Shown: positions 60,892 to 64,000 of the stretch, piece after piece
How positions within the stretch are numbered: the stretch's first letter is position 1
Layout of the letters: the number at the start of each line of letters is the position of its first letter
NCBI RefSeq assembly: GCF_009914755.1
Contig: NC_060945.1
Direction: 5' to 3' (one strand)
Source: the human T2T-CHM13v2.0 reference genome, Homo sapiens
DNA length: 64,000 nucleotides
The notes under the pieces: generated by a model
The model's input: the letters and a program-made list of their open reading frames with translations, nothing else
What the model was told of the DNA's origin: nothing
Database searches by the model: none
Made by a program: the position numbers and the translations under genes

Positions 60892-61306
<415 letters not shown>

Positions 61307-62356
61307 ACTGAACTCATTTTAAACTGGCTTCTCCTTTACAACTACAAAAAATGTGGCAACTAAGGCTACTACAAGCTTCTTAGCTGCTCCTTTCAATAAA
61401 TGTGGTTCAAAATTCATATAACTTTATTTTTATTTTTGTTTAGTGATACTTGTCTTCCTGGAACTCACTTAGCTTCAATTACACAAAATCCTCCAAGTTT
61501 TCCTCTTTCTGATTTTTCTTTCTTAATCTGTTCTTCTAGTTCATTTTTCTCCTTTTCTTCATAATTCTTTCCTTGATTCCTTCCTTTTCTCAGTCTGCAT
61601 ATACTTTCCTTGAGTGATCTCAACCATCCTCACAGTTTTAATCTCACCTATGTCCCTAAATTTCTCTCTAACACTAGCTACTCTTCAGTCTTCCTATAAA
61701 ATATTTGCAGCTGTTCCTTGATAGGTACTCCACAGGAACTTCAAGCTCCACATGTTCAAAATGGAATGTTTCTTTAAATATTGTCATCCAGCAGTAATTT
61801 CAATTATGCTCATTACCAAACAATTCCCAAGATTTGTTCATTCTAAGTCATAAATATGTCTGGAATCTGTCTTTTCCCCTCAATCCCCACCACTCTCCCT
61901 GAGCTCATGTCTTGGACAGTTATGATACTGTAAATTTTATTCTCTTGGTTCCTCAATCTTCTCCTTGAATATGTCTCTCTGTTACTAACATAAGAACAAA
62001 ATAAAATCTTTTGCTTAGCTAATTCACTCAGACTTCTTCTAATCTTCTACCATGGCCACACGATTTATTCATTCATTCAAGAAATCTTTATTATAATTAC
62101 TTAATATGTGTTCTTGTAAATGGCAGAGATATAATGATGAATAAATGGTGGTCACTAAACTTGTGAAATTTACAACCTAGTAGAGAGGAAAAGCAAACAA
62201 AAAAGGTTACAAAAGTGGTAGATGCTATGTATTTAGGATATATATATTCAGTACAGCAGAGGCATTAGAGAATGAGTGGACGACTTTTCTGATTCTTAGG
62301 CCCACTGATGCCACACTGGACTCTTGAAAGAACAGAATGATGAGGAAGGGAAGAGT

Positions 62357-62925
62357 TTTTTTTCTCATCTTTTATTTTAGGCTCAGGGGATACATGTGCA
62401 GGTTTGTTACATGGGTATAATGTGTGTCATTGGAGTTTGGTATACAAATGATTTCATCACCCAGGTAGTGAGCATAGTACCTGATAGGTAGTTTTTTTAC
62501 CCTCACCATCCTCCCACCCTCAAGTAGGCCCTAGTGTCTATTGTTCTCATCTTTGTATCCATGTGTGCTCAATGTTTAGTTCCCACTTATAAGTGAGAAC
62601 ATGGGGTATGTGGTCTGCTGTTCTGCATTAATTTGCTTAGGATAATGGCCTCCAGCTTCATCCACGTTGCAGCAAGGACATTATTTCATTTTCTTTTGTG
62701 GTTGCATAGTATTCCATTGTGTATATGTACCACATTTTCTTCATAATCCACTATTGATGGGCATCTAGGTTAATCCCATGTCTTTGCGAATGTGAATAGT
62801 GCTGGCATGAACATATGGGTGCATGTGTCTTTCTGTTAGAGCGAGTTATATTCCTTTGGGTATATACCGGAAATCGGATTGCCAGGTCAATGGTAGATCT
62901 GTGTTAAGTTCTTTGAGAAACCCGA
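62357..62925 (-). mobile_element. Old L1PA (L1PA15/16-like) 3' end
   Basis: T-tail, tacatgtgcaggtttgttacatgggta, cccacttataagtgagaacatg. Confidence 0.88.
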
Positions 62926-63319
62926 AAAGTGAGTTTTGAAAAGCCTTGTGCTCTAGATAAACCAAATTACTTAAGATTTCTTTTATTCTCTCTCTCCTTT
63001 AATATGTCGTATAACTACACATATTGCTCCTAATTAAAATGTCTCCTCTTTCAGACACCCAATTCACTCCTTCTAAGCCATCTCAAAAGTCATCTATCAT
63101 GCAGACCTTTTATGACTCTCCCAAAAACTAAATCATTCTCTTCTCTCTGATCCATAGCTTATTGGTAACTCTAATCTACACTGTAGTCATTTGCTTCCAC
63201 TTCAGTTATTTAGAGGGAGGAGTTATGTGTTTTCCATCTTCGCATCCTGATTTCTGGCAAATAACAACCAGAGTCTCCATTATCATCTGTTGAATGGTTA
63301 CAGCACACCAAGTGTTTGA

Positions 63320-63510
63320 TGTACATTATCACTAATTTTCACAATAATCCTTAACTGTAAACATTATTATCATGCTTACATCTGACTAAGGGGCAGAGAG
63401 GCTGTGTTTACCTAGCTCAACACAGTTAGTAAGTGGTGAAGCTGAGTTTGAAATTTAGGTGTCAATCTCTCTCCAAAACCTATATATTCTTATTGATGAA
63501 CTACAGTATC
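63320..63510 (-). mobile_element. MIR
   Basis: cacagttagtaagtggtgaagctgagtttgaa...ctccaaaacc. Confidence 0.6.
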
Positions 63511-64000
63511 ATCCTAGTCGATAGTGAAGGAATGTTGAAAGGATAAATAGATAGATTCATGAATAAATCAGTGGTTGAGTACATGATCTTCTAGAGTTGA
63601 AATAATAAAATATTAGCACAAGCTCCATACCCATTAGCTTCTTCTCATATGTGAGATAATACTGAAACCCACAAAATTTTATTGTAGTCTTGCTGCGTAT
63701 ATCCTAATTGTCTGTCTTGATCTGCTTATGTCTTATATAGACATATACACAAAAATAATTGCTTTTTTAAATGAAAACTTCCATAAGATTCCACCTAGTA
63801 GAACATAAAATAATACAGCTGAACATATGTAATTACATTATGTAATTATGCTATGTAATGCCACATAAGGTATTATCAATAGATTAAGTGTTTTTGTCCA
63901 GATAGAAAACAATCTGATAAATAAAATGTGATTATTGCTGTCATTAGATATACTTTAGAAAGATATTTTCACTTGTTTCAGATCTTATACCTAATATCCT

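Noticed and set aside
63822-63860. Imperfect palindrome / tatgtaat repeats
   Set aside because: Short low-complexity AT sequence with no supporting context.

Overview
AT-rich primate, human-like genomic DNA with no intact protein-coding gene that I can recognise. It is dominated by interspersed repeats: Alu, L1, L2, MIR, MaLR and ERV1 LTRs, and DNA MITEs. Main landmarks: (1) a nested L1 cluster at ~7.1-24.9 kb containing a near-full-length but dead L1PA4-like element with a candidate short 3' transduction, and an LTR8-ERV fragment that looks like a polyadenylated retrocopy; (2) a young L1PA2-like 3' fragment with a twin-priming inversion at 35.9-36.7 kb; (3) an old processed pseudogene of RBMX2 on the minus strand at ~40.3-41.2 kb; (4) an ancient MER34-group provirus at ~51.7-58.5 kb hosting younger insertions, including a solo LTR1 with a ~730-bp GC-rich 16-bp VNTR between its TATA box and polyA signal. 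Subfamily names come from my recall of consensus sequences and need RepeatMasker/Dfam confirmation. I found no evidence of a new multi-gene system. The most unusual structures are the LTR1 VNTR, the possibly once-functional RBMX2 retrocopy and several atypical retrotransposition junctions.
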